The notes: generated from the sequence alone by a model not told the origin. 64,000 nt of DNA from Escherichia coli (GCF_022846255.1 NZ_AP025682.1), one strand, 5' to 3'. Shown: positions 42,474-55,117, counted from the first letter of the stretch. Translations and numbers: made by a program.

Positions 42474-43859
42474 ATGCTGACATTCATTGAACTCCTTATT
42501 GGGGTTGTGGTTATTGTGGGTGTAGCTCGCTACATCATTAAAGGGTATTCCGCCACTGGCGTGTTATTTGTCGGTGGCCTGTTATTGCTGATTATCAGTG
42601 CCATTATGGGGCACAAAGTGTTACCGTCCAGCCAGGCTTCAACAGGCTACAGCGCCACGGATATCGTTGAATACGTTAAAATATTGCTAATGAGCCGCGG
42701 CGGCGACCTCGGCATGATGATTATGATGCTGTGTGGCTTTGCCGCTTACATGACCCATATCGGCGCGAATGATATGGTGGTCAAGCTGGCGTCAAAACCA
42801 TTGCAGTATATTAACTCCCCTTACCTGCTGATGATTGCCGCCTATTTTGTTGCCTGTCTGATGTCACTGGCCGTCTCTTCCGCAACCGGTCTGGGTGTTT
42901 TGCTGATGGCAACCCTGTTTCCGGTGATGGTAAACGTTGGTATCAGTCGTGGCGCAGCTGCTGCCATTTGTGCCTCCCCGGCGGCGATTATTCTCGCACC
43001 GACTTCAGGGGATGTGGTGCTGGCGGCGCAGGCTTCCGAAATGTCGCTGATTGACTTCGCCTTCAAAACGACGCTGCCTATCTCAATTGCTGCAATTATC
43101 GGCATGGCGATCGCCCACTTCTTCTGGCAACGTTATCTGGATAAAAAAGAGCACATCTCTCATGAAATGTTAGATGTCAGTGAAATCACCACCACTGCTC
43201 CTGCGTTTTATGCCATTTTGCCGTTCACGCCGATCATCGGAGTGCTGATTTTTGACGGCAAATGGGGTCCGCAATTACACATCATCACTATTCTGGTGAT
43301 TTGTATGCTGATTGCCTCCATTCTGGAGTTCATCCGCAGCTTTAATACCCAGAAAGTTTTCTCTGGTCTGGAAGTGGCTTATCGCGGGATGGCCGATGCG
43401 TTTGCTAACGTGGTGATGCTGCTGGTTGCCGCTGGGGTATTCGCTCAGGGGCTTAGCACCATCGGCTTTATTCAAAGTCTGATTTCTATCGCCACCTCGT
43501 TTGGTTCGGCGAGTATCATCCTGATGCTGGTATTAGTGATCCTGACAATGCTGGCGGCAGTCACGACCGGTTCAGGCAATGCGCCGTTTTATGCGTTTGT
43601 TGAGATGATCCCGAAACTGGCGCACTCTTCCGGCATTAACCCGGCGTATTTGACTATCCCAATGCTGCAGGCGTCAAACCTCGGCCGTACCCTGTCACCC
43701 GTTTCTGGCGTAGTCGTTGCGGTTGCCGGGATGGCGAAGATCTCACCATTTGAAGTCGTAAAACGCACCTCGGTGCCGGTGCTTGTTGGTTTGGTGATTG
43801 TTATCGTTGCTACAGAGCTGATGGTGCCAGGAACGGCAGCAGCGGTCACAGGCAAGTAA
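42474..43859 (+). CDS. dcuC: anaerobic C4-dicarboxylate transporter
   Basis: 461-aa polytopic translation recognised as DcuC. Confidence 0.9.
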   Translation: MLTFIELLIGVVVIVGVARYIIKGYSATGVLFVGGLLLLIISAIMGHKVLPSSQASTGYSATDIVEYVKILLMSRGGDLGMMIMMLCGFAAYMTHIGANDMVVKLASKPLQYINSPYLLMIAAYFVACLMSLAVSSATGLGVLLMATLFPVMVNVGISRGAAAAICASPAAIILAPTSGDVVLAAQASEMSLIDFAFKTTLPISIAAIIGMAIAHFFWQRYLDKKEHISHEMLDVSEITTTAPAFYAILPFTPIIGVLIFDGKWGPQLHIITILVICMLIASILEFIRSFNTQKVFSGLEVAYRGMADAFANVVMLLVAAGVFAQGLSTIGFIQSLISIATSFGSASIILMLVLVILTMLAAVTTGSGNAPFYAFVEMIPKLAHSSGINPAYLTIPMLQASNLGRTLSPVSGVVVAVAGMAKISPFEVVKRTSVPVLVGLVIVIVATELMVPGTAAAVTGK

Positions 43860-43867
43860 ATAGTCAT

Positions 43868-43893
43868 GCCGGAGGCAAGTTTCCTCCGGCTTT
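43868..43893. terminator. bidirectional terminator between dcuC and dpiA
   Basis: gccggagg-caagttt-cctccggc followed by ttta; sits between convergent stops. Confidence 0.6.
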
Positions 43894-43899
43894 ATCATG

Positions 43900-44580
43900 T
43901 CACCCACTGTGGTATATGCGTTGCGGTCTGCCAACTTTGCCATGAACAATTTCAGCAATAATCAGATGGCGGCTGGCGCAATATTCAAGATAACGCCTGG
44001 CAGTGGTGCGGCTGATGGTCAGTGCCTGCGCCACCGTTTCTGCCGTATGTTGCACACCAGGCTCTTTGAACAGTTTTCGCACCGCGTTTAGCGTCAAGGG
44101 GTCAATGCCGGTCGGCAGTTCGTCTTTGGGTTCACCGCGAGCATAGGCATTAAACATCTCATCAATTTGCTTCTGGCTGGCGCTATCAATACTTTCCAGC
44201 ATATGTTTACGCTGGCGGAAACGGGTTAGCGTTTGCCCCAACCGTTCATAGGCAATGGGCTTAATGAGATAATCAAATACACCACAACGTACGGCTTCAG
44301 ACACCGTTTCCATATCGCTGGCTGCAGTGGTAAACACCACGTCGCCGGGATAATGCGCCTGCACCAGTTCATGCAGTAAATTAATCCCTCTACCGTCAGG
44401 AAGATAGTTATCGAGCAAGATTAGCCCCGGCTTAAAACGCTCGATCATCATTCGGGCCTGCGCCAGGTTTCCCGCCAGTAATATCTGACTGAATCCGGGA
44501 ATGTGACGAATATATTCCGCATGCATCTCTGCCAGCGGCGTTTCGTCCTCAACGATCAATAGGGTTAATGGAGCTGTCAT
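43900..44580 (-). CDS. dpiA: two-component response regulator DpiA (CitB)
   Basis: 226 aa; receiver domain (LIVEDETPL, D in LILLDNYLPDG) plus C-terminal HTH. Confidence 0.9.
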   Translation of the reverse strand: MTAPLTLLIVEDETPLAEMHAEYIRHIPGFSQILLAGNLAQARMMIERFKPGLILLDNYLPDGRGINLLHELVQAHYPGDVVFTTAASDMETVSEAVRCGVFDYLIKPIAYERLGQTLTRFRQRKHMLESIDSASQKQIDEMFNAYARGEPKDELPTGIDPLTLNAVRKLFKEPGVQHTAETVAQALTISRTTARRYLEYCASRHLIIAEIVHGKVGRPQRIYHSG

Positions 44581-46207
44581 TAGGTTTCACTTTCGGAATA
44601 TAGATTGAAAATAAGGTACCGCAGGGATCATTATCTTCGAGAGTGATAACACCACCGCAGCGCGTTACGTAGCTGGCAATCAAGTACAACCCAATGCCAT
44701 GTTCACCGGGCTCGTCAGCACGCGTACTGACACCCTGCTCAAATATTTTGTCTCGTAGAGACTCTGGAACGCCGCAGCCCTGATCGGCGACTTCAATCAC
44801 CACATCATCGCCTTCATCGCTGAGGAATAATTCAACGCTCTTGTTTCCTTCATCGCTACGCAGGCTTGCTTCGAAGGCGTTATCAAGTAAATTGCCAACA
44901 ATGGCTGCAAACTCGGTGCTGTCCAGTCCTGGCGGCAGTTGCGAAAGCTGGCTACCGGGGACGATGACCATTTTTAGCCCCAGTTCGCGGGCGCGCTGCA
45001 CTTTACCAAAAAGCAGCCCCGCCACCTGGCGATCGGCAAACGCCTCACGCAGGCTGTCAATAAGCTGTTGCTGGGCCTGAGACTCCCCCTGCACCATCAC
45101 CAGCACGCGATCATACTCTTTCATCTGCAACAGACCATTGAGCGTCGACATCCAATTGAGATGCTCGTGTCGCAATGTACGAAGGCTCTCGACGTATTGT
45201 TTAATTTGCGTCAGTTGCGCATTGAGGGTGGAAATTTCGTCTTTACTACGAAAGCTAATAATGGCCCCCAGTAAATCATCGCCAGAACGAATAGCTTCCC
45301 GGTTGGCAATAACACTCAGACCGTTAAAGTTCGCCACCACATCCTGACGTTTTTCATCAATCTGTTCGGTAAAGAAATCGGCGGGCCTGACCACTTCAGC
45401 AATGGGTTTACCCAACCATTGCCGTCCGGGGGAGCTCAGCCCCAGCATCTTTCTTGCGTTACGATTGATGGCGGTAATGTACCCGTGCGGATCCACCGCA
45501 ATCAGCCCTTCATAAACCGAACTAAACAGCGCCTCTTGCTGACGGACCACGCGAGCGATTTGCTTTGGCTCCATGCCCATCATCTGCCGACGGATATGCG
45601 CGGCCAGGAACCACGACAGCAACATCAAAATCCCTAACAGCACGACAAACACGCCTGCCATCGGTAATAAAAACTCAGCCCGCCAGCTATCGATTTTACT
45701 CACCAGATAGCCAATCGACACCACGCCGATGACTTTTCCATCGTCATCAAAGATTGGCGTTTTGGCACGCATCGCCATGCCAATTGACCCTTTCCCGGTG
45801 ATGAAGTAGCTCTCCCCTTTCTCCAGCGCGCCCGGTTTGGTGAACTGCATAGGATAACCAATTTTCTCCGGATTAGGATGGTAAAGACGAATCGAGTGCC
45901 GATCGCCAATCACCACATAATCGAAATCAGTATCTCTTTGTAATTTGTCAGCGATGGTCGCCAGCCTCTTGTAGTCACGCGTTTTCACTGCACTGATGAT
46001 ACTGTCATTAGAAGCAATAATTTTTGCCTGATTCATTGCCATGTCGCGCACATGAAGCGTTAAATAGTCCTCAAAACTGGCTGTAAAATATTGCGCCAGG
46101 GCTGCAATGACAAATATTGAGAACACCAGAATCAGCAAAAAGATACGCAGCGGAAATGCCAGTCTTTGGAAAAATGCAAACTGTTTATTCTCTTTAAGCT
46201 GCAACAT
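44549..46207 (-). CDS. dpiB: citrate-sensing histidine kinase DpiB (CitA)
   Basis: ORF 44549..46267; start set at MLQLKENKQFAFF...; periplasmic PAS-like sensor between two TM helices; H-box and ATPase motifs. Confidence 0.9.
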   Translation of the reverse strand: MLQLKENKQFAFFQRLAFPLRIFLLILVFSIFVIAALAQYFTASFEDYLTLHVRDMAMNQAKIIASNDSIISAVKTRDYKRLATIADKLQRDTDFDYVVIGDRHSIRLYHPNPEKIGYPMQFTKPGALEKGESYFITGKGSIGMAMRAKTPIFDDDGKVIGVVSIGYLVSKIDSWRAEFLLPMAGVFVVLLGILMLLSWFLAAHIRRQMMGMEPKQIARVVRQQEALFSSVYEGLIAVDPHGYITAINRNARKMLGLSSPGRQWLGKPIAEVVRPADFFTEQIDEKRQDVVANFNGLSVIANREAIRSGDDLLGAIISFRSKDEISTLNAQLTQIKQYVESLRTLRHEHLNWMSTLNGLLQMKEYDRVLVMVQGESQAQQQLIDSLREAFADRQVAGLLFGKVQRARELGLKMVIVPGSQLSQLPPGLDSTEFAAIVGNLLDNAFEASLRSDEGNKSVELFLSDEGDDVVIEVADQGCGVPESLRDKIFEQGVSTRADEPGEHGIGLYLIASYVTRCGGVITLEDNDPCGTLFSIYIPKVKPNDSSINPIDR

Positions 46208-46585
46208 TGTTTTCCTTGCGGGTTGTCCCGAGCCTCTTTGACGGATGTAATTAAAATGTTGAATCAAAATACATAGATATTAAATATGATCGTGGCAAAT
46301 TTTATTCATTAAATCAATTAAATCACTTAAACCTGCGGGTTATTTCGTAATTACATTAGTTAAAAAACTTAAAACCATTAAATAAATAAAAAACCACTAA
46401 CTCTATGTGAAATAAATCAAAATTTCACGCCGAAATACTCCTTAGGATGTATAGCGAAAGGAGAAAAAGATATACCTCGATCGCCCCCTTTCTCCCAAGT
46501 GAAAATAAAAGGTTATCAATTTGCAACATTGAACAACATTCGTTGCAAATCGATAACAACATGCACCTTCAGGATACTATTTATT

Positions 46586-47644
46586 ATGTTCGGCAATGAT
46601 ATTTTCACCCGCGTAAAACGTTCAGAAAATAAAAAAATGGCGGAAATCGCCCAATTCCTGCATGAAAATGATTTGAGCGTTGACACCACAGTCGAAGTAT
46701 TTATTACCGTAACCCGCGATGAAAAGCTTATCGCGTGCGGTGGAATTGCCGGAAATATTATTAAATGCGTTGCTATCAGTGAATCCGTTCGCGGTGAAGG
46801 ACTGGCGCTGACATTAGCCACTGAACTGATAAACCTCGCCTATGAGCGGCATAGCACGCATCTGTTTATTTATACCAAAACCGAATACGAGGCGCTGTTC
46901 CGCCAGTGCGGTTTTTCCACGCTGACCAGCGTACCCGGCGTGATGGTGCTGATGGAAAACAGCGCCACGCGACTGAAACGCTATGCCGAATCGCTGAAAA
47001 AATTTCGTCATCCAGGGAACAAGATTGGCTGCATTGTGATGAACGCCAATCCCTTTACGAATGGTCACCGTTATCTGATTCAACAGGCTGCGGCACAGTG
47101 CGACTGGTTGCATCTGTTTTTAGTCAAAGAAGATTCTTCACGCTTCCCCTATGAAGACCGGCTGGATCTGGTGTTAAAAGGCACCGCCGATATTCCACGC
47201 CTGACCGTGCATCGCGGCTCCGAATACATCATCTCCCGCGCTACGTTCCCTTGCTACTTCATTAAAGAACAGAGCGTCATTAACCATTGTTACACCGAAA
47301 TTGATCTGAAGATTTTCCGTCAGTACCTCGCTCCCGCGCTGGGTGTAACTCACCGCTTTGTCGGTACTGAACCCTTTTGTCGCGTTACCGCCCAGTACAA
47401 CCAGGATATGCGCTACTGGCTGGAAACGCCGACTATCTCCGCACCGCCCATCGAACTGGTTGAAATTGAGCGGCTGCGTTACCAGGAGATGCCGATATCC
47501 GCTTCCCGGGTACGTCAACTGCTGGCGAAAAACGATCTCACGGCTATCGCGCCGCTGGTCCCTGCAGTCACGCTGCATTATTTGCAGAACCTGCTTGAGC
47601 ACTCCCGCCAGGACGCGGCAGCTCGTCAAAAGACCCCCGCATGA
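46586..47644 (+). CDS. citC: [citrate (pro-3S)-lyase] ligase
   Basis: ORF 46499..47644; start set at MFGNDIFTRVKRSENKK... Confidence 0.9.
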   Translation: MFGNDIFTRVKRSENKKMAEIAQFLHENDLSVDTTVEVFITVTRDEKLIACGGIAGNIIKCVAISESVRGEGLALTLATELINLAYERHSTHLFIYTKTEYEALFRQCGFSTLTSVPGVMVLMENSATRLKRYAESLKKFRHPGNKIGCIVMNANPFTNGHRYLIQQAAAQCDWLHLFLVKEDSSRFPYEDRLDLVLKGTADIPRLTVHRGSEYIISRATFPCYFIKEQSVINHCYTEIDLKIFRQYLAPALGVTHRFVGTEPFCRVTAQYNQDMRYWLETPTISAPPIELVEIERLRYQEMPISASRVRQLLAKNDLTAIAPLVPAVTLHYLQNLLEHSRQDAAARQKTPA

Positions 47645-47658
47645 GAAACAGGTGAAAA

Positions 47659-47955
47659 ATGAAAATAAACCAGCCCGCCGTTGCAGGCACCCTTGAGTCT
47701 GGGGATGTGATGATACGCATCGCCCCACTCGATACGCAGGATATCGACCTGCAAATCAACAGCAGCGTTGAGAAACAGTTTGGCGATGCAATTCGCACCA
47801 CCATTCTGGACGTTCTCGCCCGCTACAACGTGCGCGGCGTACAGCTGAATGTCGATGACAAAGGCGCACTGGACTGCATTTTACGTGCACGACTGGAAGC
47901 CCTGCTGGCACGCGCCAGCGGTATCCCGGCTCTGCCATGGGAGGATTGCCAATGA
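47659..47955 (+). CDS. citD: citrate lyase acyl carrier protein (gamma subunit)
   Basis: 98-aa translation recognised as CitD. Confidence 0.9.
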
Positions 47956-48860
47956 TTTCCGCTTCGCTGCAACAACGTAAAACTCGCACCCGCCGCAGTA
48001 TGTTGTTTGTGCCTGGTGCTAATGCCGCGATGGTCAGCAACTCCTTTATCTACCCGGCTGATGCCCTGATGTTTGACCTCGAAGACTCCGTTGCATTGCG
48101 TGAAAAAGACACCGCCCGCCGCATGGTTTACCACGCGCTGCAACATCCGCTTTATCGCGATATTGAAACCATTGTGCGTGTAAACGCGCTGGATTCCGAA
48201 TGGGGTGTTAACGACCTGGAAGCCGTCGTTCGCGGTGGTGCGGACGTTGTGCGTCTGCCGAAAACCGATACCGCTCAGGATGTTCTGGATATCGAAAAAG
48301 AGATCCTGCGTATCGAAAAAGCCTGTGGTCGTGAACCCGGCAGTACCGGCCTGCTGGCGGCGATTGAATCTCCGCTGGGCATTACCCGCGCGGTAGAAAT
48401 CGCTCACGCTTCCGAGCGTTTGATCGGTATCGCCCTCGGTGCAGAAGACTATGTGCGCAACCTGCGTACAGAACGCTCCCCGGAAGGAACTGAACTGCTG
48501 TTCGCTCGCTGCTCCATTTTGCAGGCCGCGCGCTCTGCAGGTATTCAGGCGTTCGATACCGTCTATTCCGACGCTAACAACGAAGCCGGATTCCTGCAAG
48601 AAGCCGCCCACATCAAACAGCTGGGCTTTGACGGCAAATCGCTGATCAACCCGCGTCAGATTGATCTGCTGCACAACCTCTACGCACCGACCCAGAAAGA
48701 AGTGGATCACGCCCGCCGCGTCGTAGAAGCCGCTGAAGCCGCCGCTCGCGAAGGCCTCGGCGTGGTTTCCCTGAACGGCAAGATGGTGGACGGTCCGGTT
48801 ATCGATCGCGCCCGTCTGGTGCTCTCCCGTGCAGAACTTTCCGGCATCCGCGAAGAATAA
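47952..48860 (+). CDS. citE: citrate lyase beta subunit (citryl-ACP lyase)
   Basis: ORF 47937..48860; start set at [32 protein letters not shown] overlap with citD. Confidence 0.9.
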
Positions 48861-48870
48861 GGCAATCAAA

Positions 48871-50403
48871 ATGACGCAGAAAATTGAACAATCTCAACGA
48901 CAAGAACGGGTAGCGGCCTGGAATCGTCGCGCTGAATGCGATCTTGCCGCTTTCCAGAACTCGCCAAAGCAAACCTACCAGGCTGAAAAAGCGCGCGATC
49001 GCAAACTGTGCGCCAACCTGGAAGAAGCGATTCGTCGCTCTGGTTTACAGGACGGCATGACGGTTTCCTTCCATCACGCTTTCCGTGGCGGTGACCTGAC
49101 CGTCAATATGGTGATGGACGTCATCGCGAAGATGGGCTTTAAAAACCTGACTCTGGCCTCCAGCTCCCTGAGTGATTGCCATGCGCCGCTGGTAGAACAC
49201 ATTCGCCAGGGCGTGGTTACCCGCATTTATACCTCTGGCCTGCGCGGTCCACTGGCGGAAGAAATCTCCCGTGGTCTGCTGGCGGAACCGGTGCAAATCC
49301 ACTCTCACGGCGGACGTGTGCATCTGGTACAGAGCGGCGAACTGAATATCGATGTGGCTTTCCTCGGCGTCCCGTCCTGTGATGAATTCGGTAATGCCAA
49401 CGGCTACTCCGGTAAAGCCTGCTGCGGCTCCCTCGGCTATGCAATGGTTGATGCCGACAACGCAAAACAGGTCGTGATGCTTACCGAAGAACTGCTGCCT
49501 TATCCGCATAATCCGGCAAGCATTGAGCAAGATCAGGTTGATCTGATCGTCAAAGTTGATCGCGTTGGCGATGCTGCAAAAATCGGCGCTGGTGCTACCC
49601 GTATGACCACTAACCCGCGCGAACTGCTTATTGCCCGTAGCGCTGCGGATGTGATTGTTAACTCTGGCTACTTCAAAGAAGGTTTCTCCATGCAGACCGG
49701 CACCGGCGGCGCTTCGCTGGCGGTAACCCGTTTCCTGGAAGACAAAATGCGTAGCCGCGATATTCGCGCCGACTTCGCCCTCGGCGGTATTACCGCAACG
49801 ATGGTTGATCTGCACGAAAAAGGTCTGATCCGCAAACTGCTGGATGTGCAGAGCTTTGACAGCCATGCTGCGCAATCGCTGGCCCGTAACCCCAATCACA
49901 TCGAAATCAGCGCCAACCAGTACGCTAACTGGGGGTCGAAAGGCGCAGCGGTTGATCGTCTCGACGTGGTGGTACTGAGCGCGCTGGAAATTGACACCCA
50001 GTTCAACGTTAACGTGCTGACCGGCTCTGACGGCGTACTGCGTGGTGCTTCCGGTGGTCACTGCGATACCGCGATTGCTTCTGCGCTTTCCATCATCGTC
50101 GCGCCGCTGGTACGCGGTCGTATTCCGACGCTGGTGGATAACGTGCTGACCTGCATCACCCCGGGCTCCAGTGTCGATATTCTGGTCACAGACCACGGCA
50201 TCGCTGTTAACCCGGCACGTCCGGAGCTGGCAGAACGTCTGCAGGAAGCGGGGATCAAAGTGGTTTCTATTGAGTGGCTGCGTGAACGTGCGCGTCTGCT
50301 GACCGGTGAACCACAGCCGATTGAATTCACCGACCGCGTCGTTGCCGTTGTGCGTTACCGCGATGGCTCGGTGATCGATGTTGTGCATCAGGTGAAGGAA
50401 TAA
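48871..50403 (+). CDS. citF: citrate lyase alpha subunit (citrate CoA-transferase)
   Basis: ORF 48829..50403; start set at MTQKIEQSQRQERVAAW... Confidence 0.9.
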   Translation: MTQKIEQSQRQERVAAWNRRAECDLAAFQNSPKQTYQAEKARDRKLCANLEEAIRRSGLQDGMTVSFHHAFRGGDLTVNMVMDVIAKMGFKNLTLASSSLSDCHAPLVEHIRQGVVTRIYTSGLRGPLAEEISRGLLAEPVQIHSHGGRVHLVQSGELNIDVAFLGVPSCDEFGNANGYSGKACCGSLGYAMVDADNAKQVVMLTEELLPYPHNPASIEQDQVDLIVKVDRVGDAAKIGAGATRMTTNPRELLIARSAADVIVNSGYFKEGFSMQTGTGGASLAVTRFLEDKMRSRDIRADFALGGITATMVDLHEKGLIRKLLDVQSFDSHAAQSLARNPNHIEISANQYANWGSKGAAVDRLDVVVLSALEIDTQFNVNVLTGSDGVLRGASGGHCDTAIASALSIIVAPLVRGRIPTLVDNVLTCITPGSSVDILVTDHGIAVNPARPELAERLQEAGIKVVSIEWLRERARLLTGEPQPIEFTDRVVAVVRYRDGSVIDVVHQVKE

Positions 50404-50406
50404 GCC

Positions 50407-51811
<1,405 letters not shown>

Positions 51812-51861
51812 TTATTTAAGCACTTGATAAATTTGGAAATATTAATTTTCGGAGAACCCGT

Positions 51862-53325
51862 ATGTCTTTAGCAAAAGATAATATATGGAAATTATTGGCG
51901 CCCCTGGTGGTGATGGGTGTCATGTTTCTTATCCCTGTACCTGACGGTATGCCGCCGCAGGCGTGGCATTACTTTGCAGTGTTTGTGGCAATGATTGTCG
52001 GCATGATCCTCGAGCCAATTCCGGCAACGGCGATCAGTTTTATTGCGGTTACTATTTGCGTTATTGGCAGTAATTACCTGCTCTTTGATGCCAAAGAATT
52101 AGCTGACCCAGCGTTTAATGCGCAAAAACAGGCGCTGAAATGGGGTCTGGCTGGTTTTTCCAGCACCACGGTATGGCTGGTATTTGGCGCATTTATTTTT
52201 GCATTAGGGTATGAAGTTTCCGGGTTAGGCCGTCGTATTGCCCTTTTCCTGGTGAAATTCATGGGCAAACGCACGCTGACGTTGGGTTATGCGATTGTCA
52301 TTATCGACATTCTGCTGGCACCGTTTACACCGTCCAACACCGCGCGTACCGGGGGTACGGTTTTTCCGGTCATTAAAAACCTGCCGCCGCTGTTTAAATC
52401 ATTCCCGAACGATCCGTCCGCGCGTCGTATTGGCGGCTATTTGATGTGGATGATGGTCATTAGTACCAGTCTGAGTTCGTCCATGTTTGTCACCGGTGCG
52501 GCACCAAACGTGCTGGGTCTGGAGTTCGTCAGCAAAATTGCCGGTATCCAGATTAGCTGGTTGCAGTGGTTCCTCTGCTTCCTGCCGGTTGGGGTTATCT
52601 TGCTTATCATTGCGCCGTGGCTTTCCTACGTGCTGTACAAACCGGAAATCACACACAGTGAAGAAGTGGCAACCTGGGCGGGTGATGAACTAAAAACCAT
52701 GGGTGCGCTGACACGCAGAGAGTGGACGCTGATTGGCCTTGTATTGCTCAGCTTAGGCTTGTGGGTATTTGGCAGTGAAGTCATTAATGCTACTGCGGTA
52801 GGTCTGCTGGCAGTTTCGCTGATGCTGGCGCTGCACGTTGTGCCGTGGAAAGACATTACTCGCTATAACAGCGCATGGAACACGCTGGTCAACCTGGCAA
52901 CGCTGGTTGTTATGGCGAATGGCCTGACCCGTTCTGGCTTTATCGACTGGTTCGCCAACACGATGAGTACGCACCTGGAAGGCTTCTCACCAAACGCAAC
53001 GGTGATTGTACTGGTTCTGGTGTTCTACTTTGCCCACTACCTGTTTGCCAGCCTGTCTGCGCACACCGCAACCATGCTGCCGGTTATTCTGGCCGTCGGT
53101 AAAGGGATTCCGGGCGTACCAATGGAACAACTGTGTATCCTGCTGGTGCTGTCTATCGGTATCATGGGCTGTCTGACGCCTTATGCAACCGGTCCTGGGG
53201 TGATTATTTACGGCTGTGGCTATGTGAAATCAAAAGATTACTGGCGTCTTGGCGCAATCTTCGGGGTGATTTACATCTCTATGCTGCTGTTGGTTGGCTG
53301 GCCGATTCTCGCCATGTGGAACTAA
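51862..53325 (+). CDS. citT: citrate:succinate antiporter
   Basis: 487-aa polytopic translation recognised as CitT. Confidence 0.9.
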   Translation: MSLAKDNIWKLLAPLVVMGVMFLIPVPDGMPPQAWHYFAVFVAMIVGMILEPIPATAISFIAVTICVIGSNYLLFDAKELADPAFNAQKQALKWGLAGFSSTTVWLVFGAFIFALGYEVSGLGRRIALFLVKFMGKRTLTLGYAIVIIDILLAPFTPSNTARTGGTVFPVIKNLPPLFKSFPNDPSARRIGGYLMWMMVISTSLSSSMFVTGAAPNVLGLEFVSKIAGIQISWLQWFLCFLPVGVILLIIAPWLSYVLYKPEITHSEEVATWAGDELKTMGALTRREWTLIGLVLLSLGLWVFGSEVINATAVGLLAVSLMLALHVVPWKDITRYNSAWNTLVNLATLVVMANGLTRSGFIDWFANTMSTHLEGFSPNATVIVLVLVFYFAHYLFASLSAHTATMLPVILAVGKGIPGVPMEQLCILLVLSIGIMGCLTPYATGPGVIIYGCGYVKSKDYWRLGAIFGVIYISMLLLVGWPILAMWN

Positions 53326-53438
53326 TACGTTCGCCAAACGCTGAATAAATCATCACGCCCGCCAGGTAAGCCCACCTGGCGGGCTTTTTTATGATTTAAT
53401 AGATAATATTCAGTGTATGTATGAGTTCCACACCCATT

Positions 53439-54245
53439 ATGAAAGCATTCTGGCGTAACGCCGCGTTGCTCGCGGTTTCTCTGCTTCCCTTCTCTTCTGC
53501 CAACGCCGTGGCGTTGCAGGCAAAACAGTATGGCGATTTTGATCGCTATGTCCTGGCCCTCTCCTGGCAAACCGGATTTTGCCAGAGTCAACATGATCGA
53601 AATCGTAACGAACGAGATGAATGTCGCCTGCAAACCGAAACGACCAACAAAGCTGATTTTTTGACCGTACATGGTCTGTGGCCAGGATTGCCTAAATCGG
53701 TTGCTGCCCGTGGTGTTGATGAACGCCGCTGGATGCGCTTCGGTTGCGCTACTCGCCCAATCCCGAATCTGCCAGAAGCACGCGCCAGCCGGATGTGTTC
53801 ATCGCCGGAAACTGGGTTATCACTGGAAACGGCAGCTAAACTAAGTGAAGTCATGCCAGGAGCTGGCGGACGTTCCTGCCTGGAACGCTACGAATATGCC
53901 AAACACGGTGCCTGCTTTGGTTTTGATCCAGACGCATACTTCGGCACGATGGTACGCCTGAATCAAGAAATTAAAGAGAGCGAAGCCGGAAAATTCCTTG
54001 CGGATAACTACGGTAACACAGTGAGCCGCCGTGACTTTGATGCCGCCTTTGCCAAAAGCTGGGGAAAAGAGAACGTGAAAGCAGTTAAGCTAACGTGCCA
54101 GGGTAACCCTGCGTATTTAACTGAAATTCAGATCTCGATCAAAGCTGACGCCATCAACGCTCCGCTTTCTGCAAACTCATTCTTGCCACAACCACACCCA
54201 GGTAACTGTGGCAAAACCTTTGTGATTGATAAAGCAGGTTATTAA
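53439..54245 (+). CDS. rna: ribonuclease I (periplasmic T2-family RNase)
   Basis: ORF 53421..54245; start set at MKAFWRNAALLAVSLLPFSSANA signal peptide; T2 RNase CAS motifs (HGLWP, KHGAC). Confidence 0.9.
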   Translation: MKAFWRNAALLAVSLLPFSSANAVALQAKQYGDFDRYVLALSWQTGFCQSQHDRNRNERDECRLQTETTNKADFLTVHGLWPGLPKSVAARGVDERRWMRFGCATRPIPNLPEARASRMCSSPETGLSLETAAKLSEVMPGAGGRSCLERYEYAKHGACFGFDPDAYFGTMVRLNQEIKESEAGKFLADNYGNTVSRRDFDAAFAKSWGKENVKAVKLTCQGNPAYLTEIQISIKADAINAPLSANSFLPQPHPGNCGKTFVIDKAGY

Positions 54246-54474
54246 TCCTCTGATTTACAAAACACGCTAATTCGTCTCCCATAAACCATGACGATTAAGA
54301 TTTATACATAATGCGCTACATTGAGGAATTCCCTGAATGTGACGCAAATCACTTCAAAGAGTGAGCAACAGTCAGTATCATCATGTGAGTTAAACCCTCG
54401 CCGCCTGACGGTGAGGGTTTTCTTTTGGGTATGTTTATCTGCGACACTCGCAGTACCGACGACATGGAGTAAAA

Positions 54475-54885
54475 ATGTCCAGACCAACTATCATCATTAA
54501 CGACCTTGATGCCGAACGCATCGATATTCTGCTGGAGCAACCCGCCTATGCTGGTTTGCCAATCGCCGACGCGTTAAACGCAGAGTTGGATCGCGCCCAA
54601 ATGTGTTCGCCAGAAGAGATGCCACACGACGTGGTGACAATGAACAGCCGGGTTAAATTCCGCAATCTTAGCGATGGCGAAGTGCGTGTGCGCACGCTGG
54701 TGTATCCGGCAAAAATGACCGACAGCAATACTCAGCTTTCCGTTATGGCTCCGGTAGGTGCCGCACTGCTGGGGCTGCGCGTTGGCGATTCCATTCACTG
54801 GGAACTTCCGGGCGGCGTTGCAACCCACCTTGAAGTGCTGGAACTCGAATACCAGCCAGAAGCTGCTGGCGACTACCTGCTTTAA
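54475..54885 (+). CDS. rnk: regulator of nucleoside diphosphate kinase (GreA/GreB-like C-terminal domain)
   Basis: 136-aa translation recognised as Rnk. Confidence 0.9.
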
Positions 54886-54918
54886 TCCCATCTGCACAAG
54901 CGATAACTCGCTTTGCCC

Positions 54919-54944
54919 AGAGGATGCACTCGCATCCTCTTTCC
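54919..54944 (+). terminator. rho-independent terminator after rnk
   Basis: agaggatgc-actc-gcatcctct followed by ttcc. Confidence 0.55.
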
Positions 54945-55027
54945 GCTCAAATATCAACCAGATTTATCATTTTGCGCTTAAGCGCAGCATTCTAATCTGA
55001 ACTGGTTATTCATCTGCGGAACCTCAT

Positions 55028-55117
55028 ATGAGCGAAGCTCTCGGTATCACTGCATTTTATATATTCATAGCCGCAATTATTGTTGCTGCAGTGCTATACC
55101 TTGAACAACGCTGGTAG
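55028..55117 (+). CDS. candidate small hydrophobic protein (29 aa), unverified
   Basis: ATG 55028 to TAG 55115-55117 read directly: MSEALGITAFYIFIAAIIVAAVLYLEQRW; single predicted TM helix; weak SD; below the ORF-track length cutoff. Confidence 0.3.
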   Translation: MSEALGITAFYIFIAAIIVAAVLYLEQRW

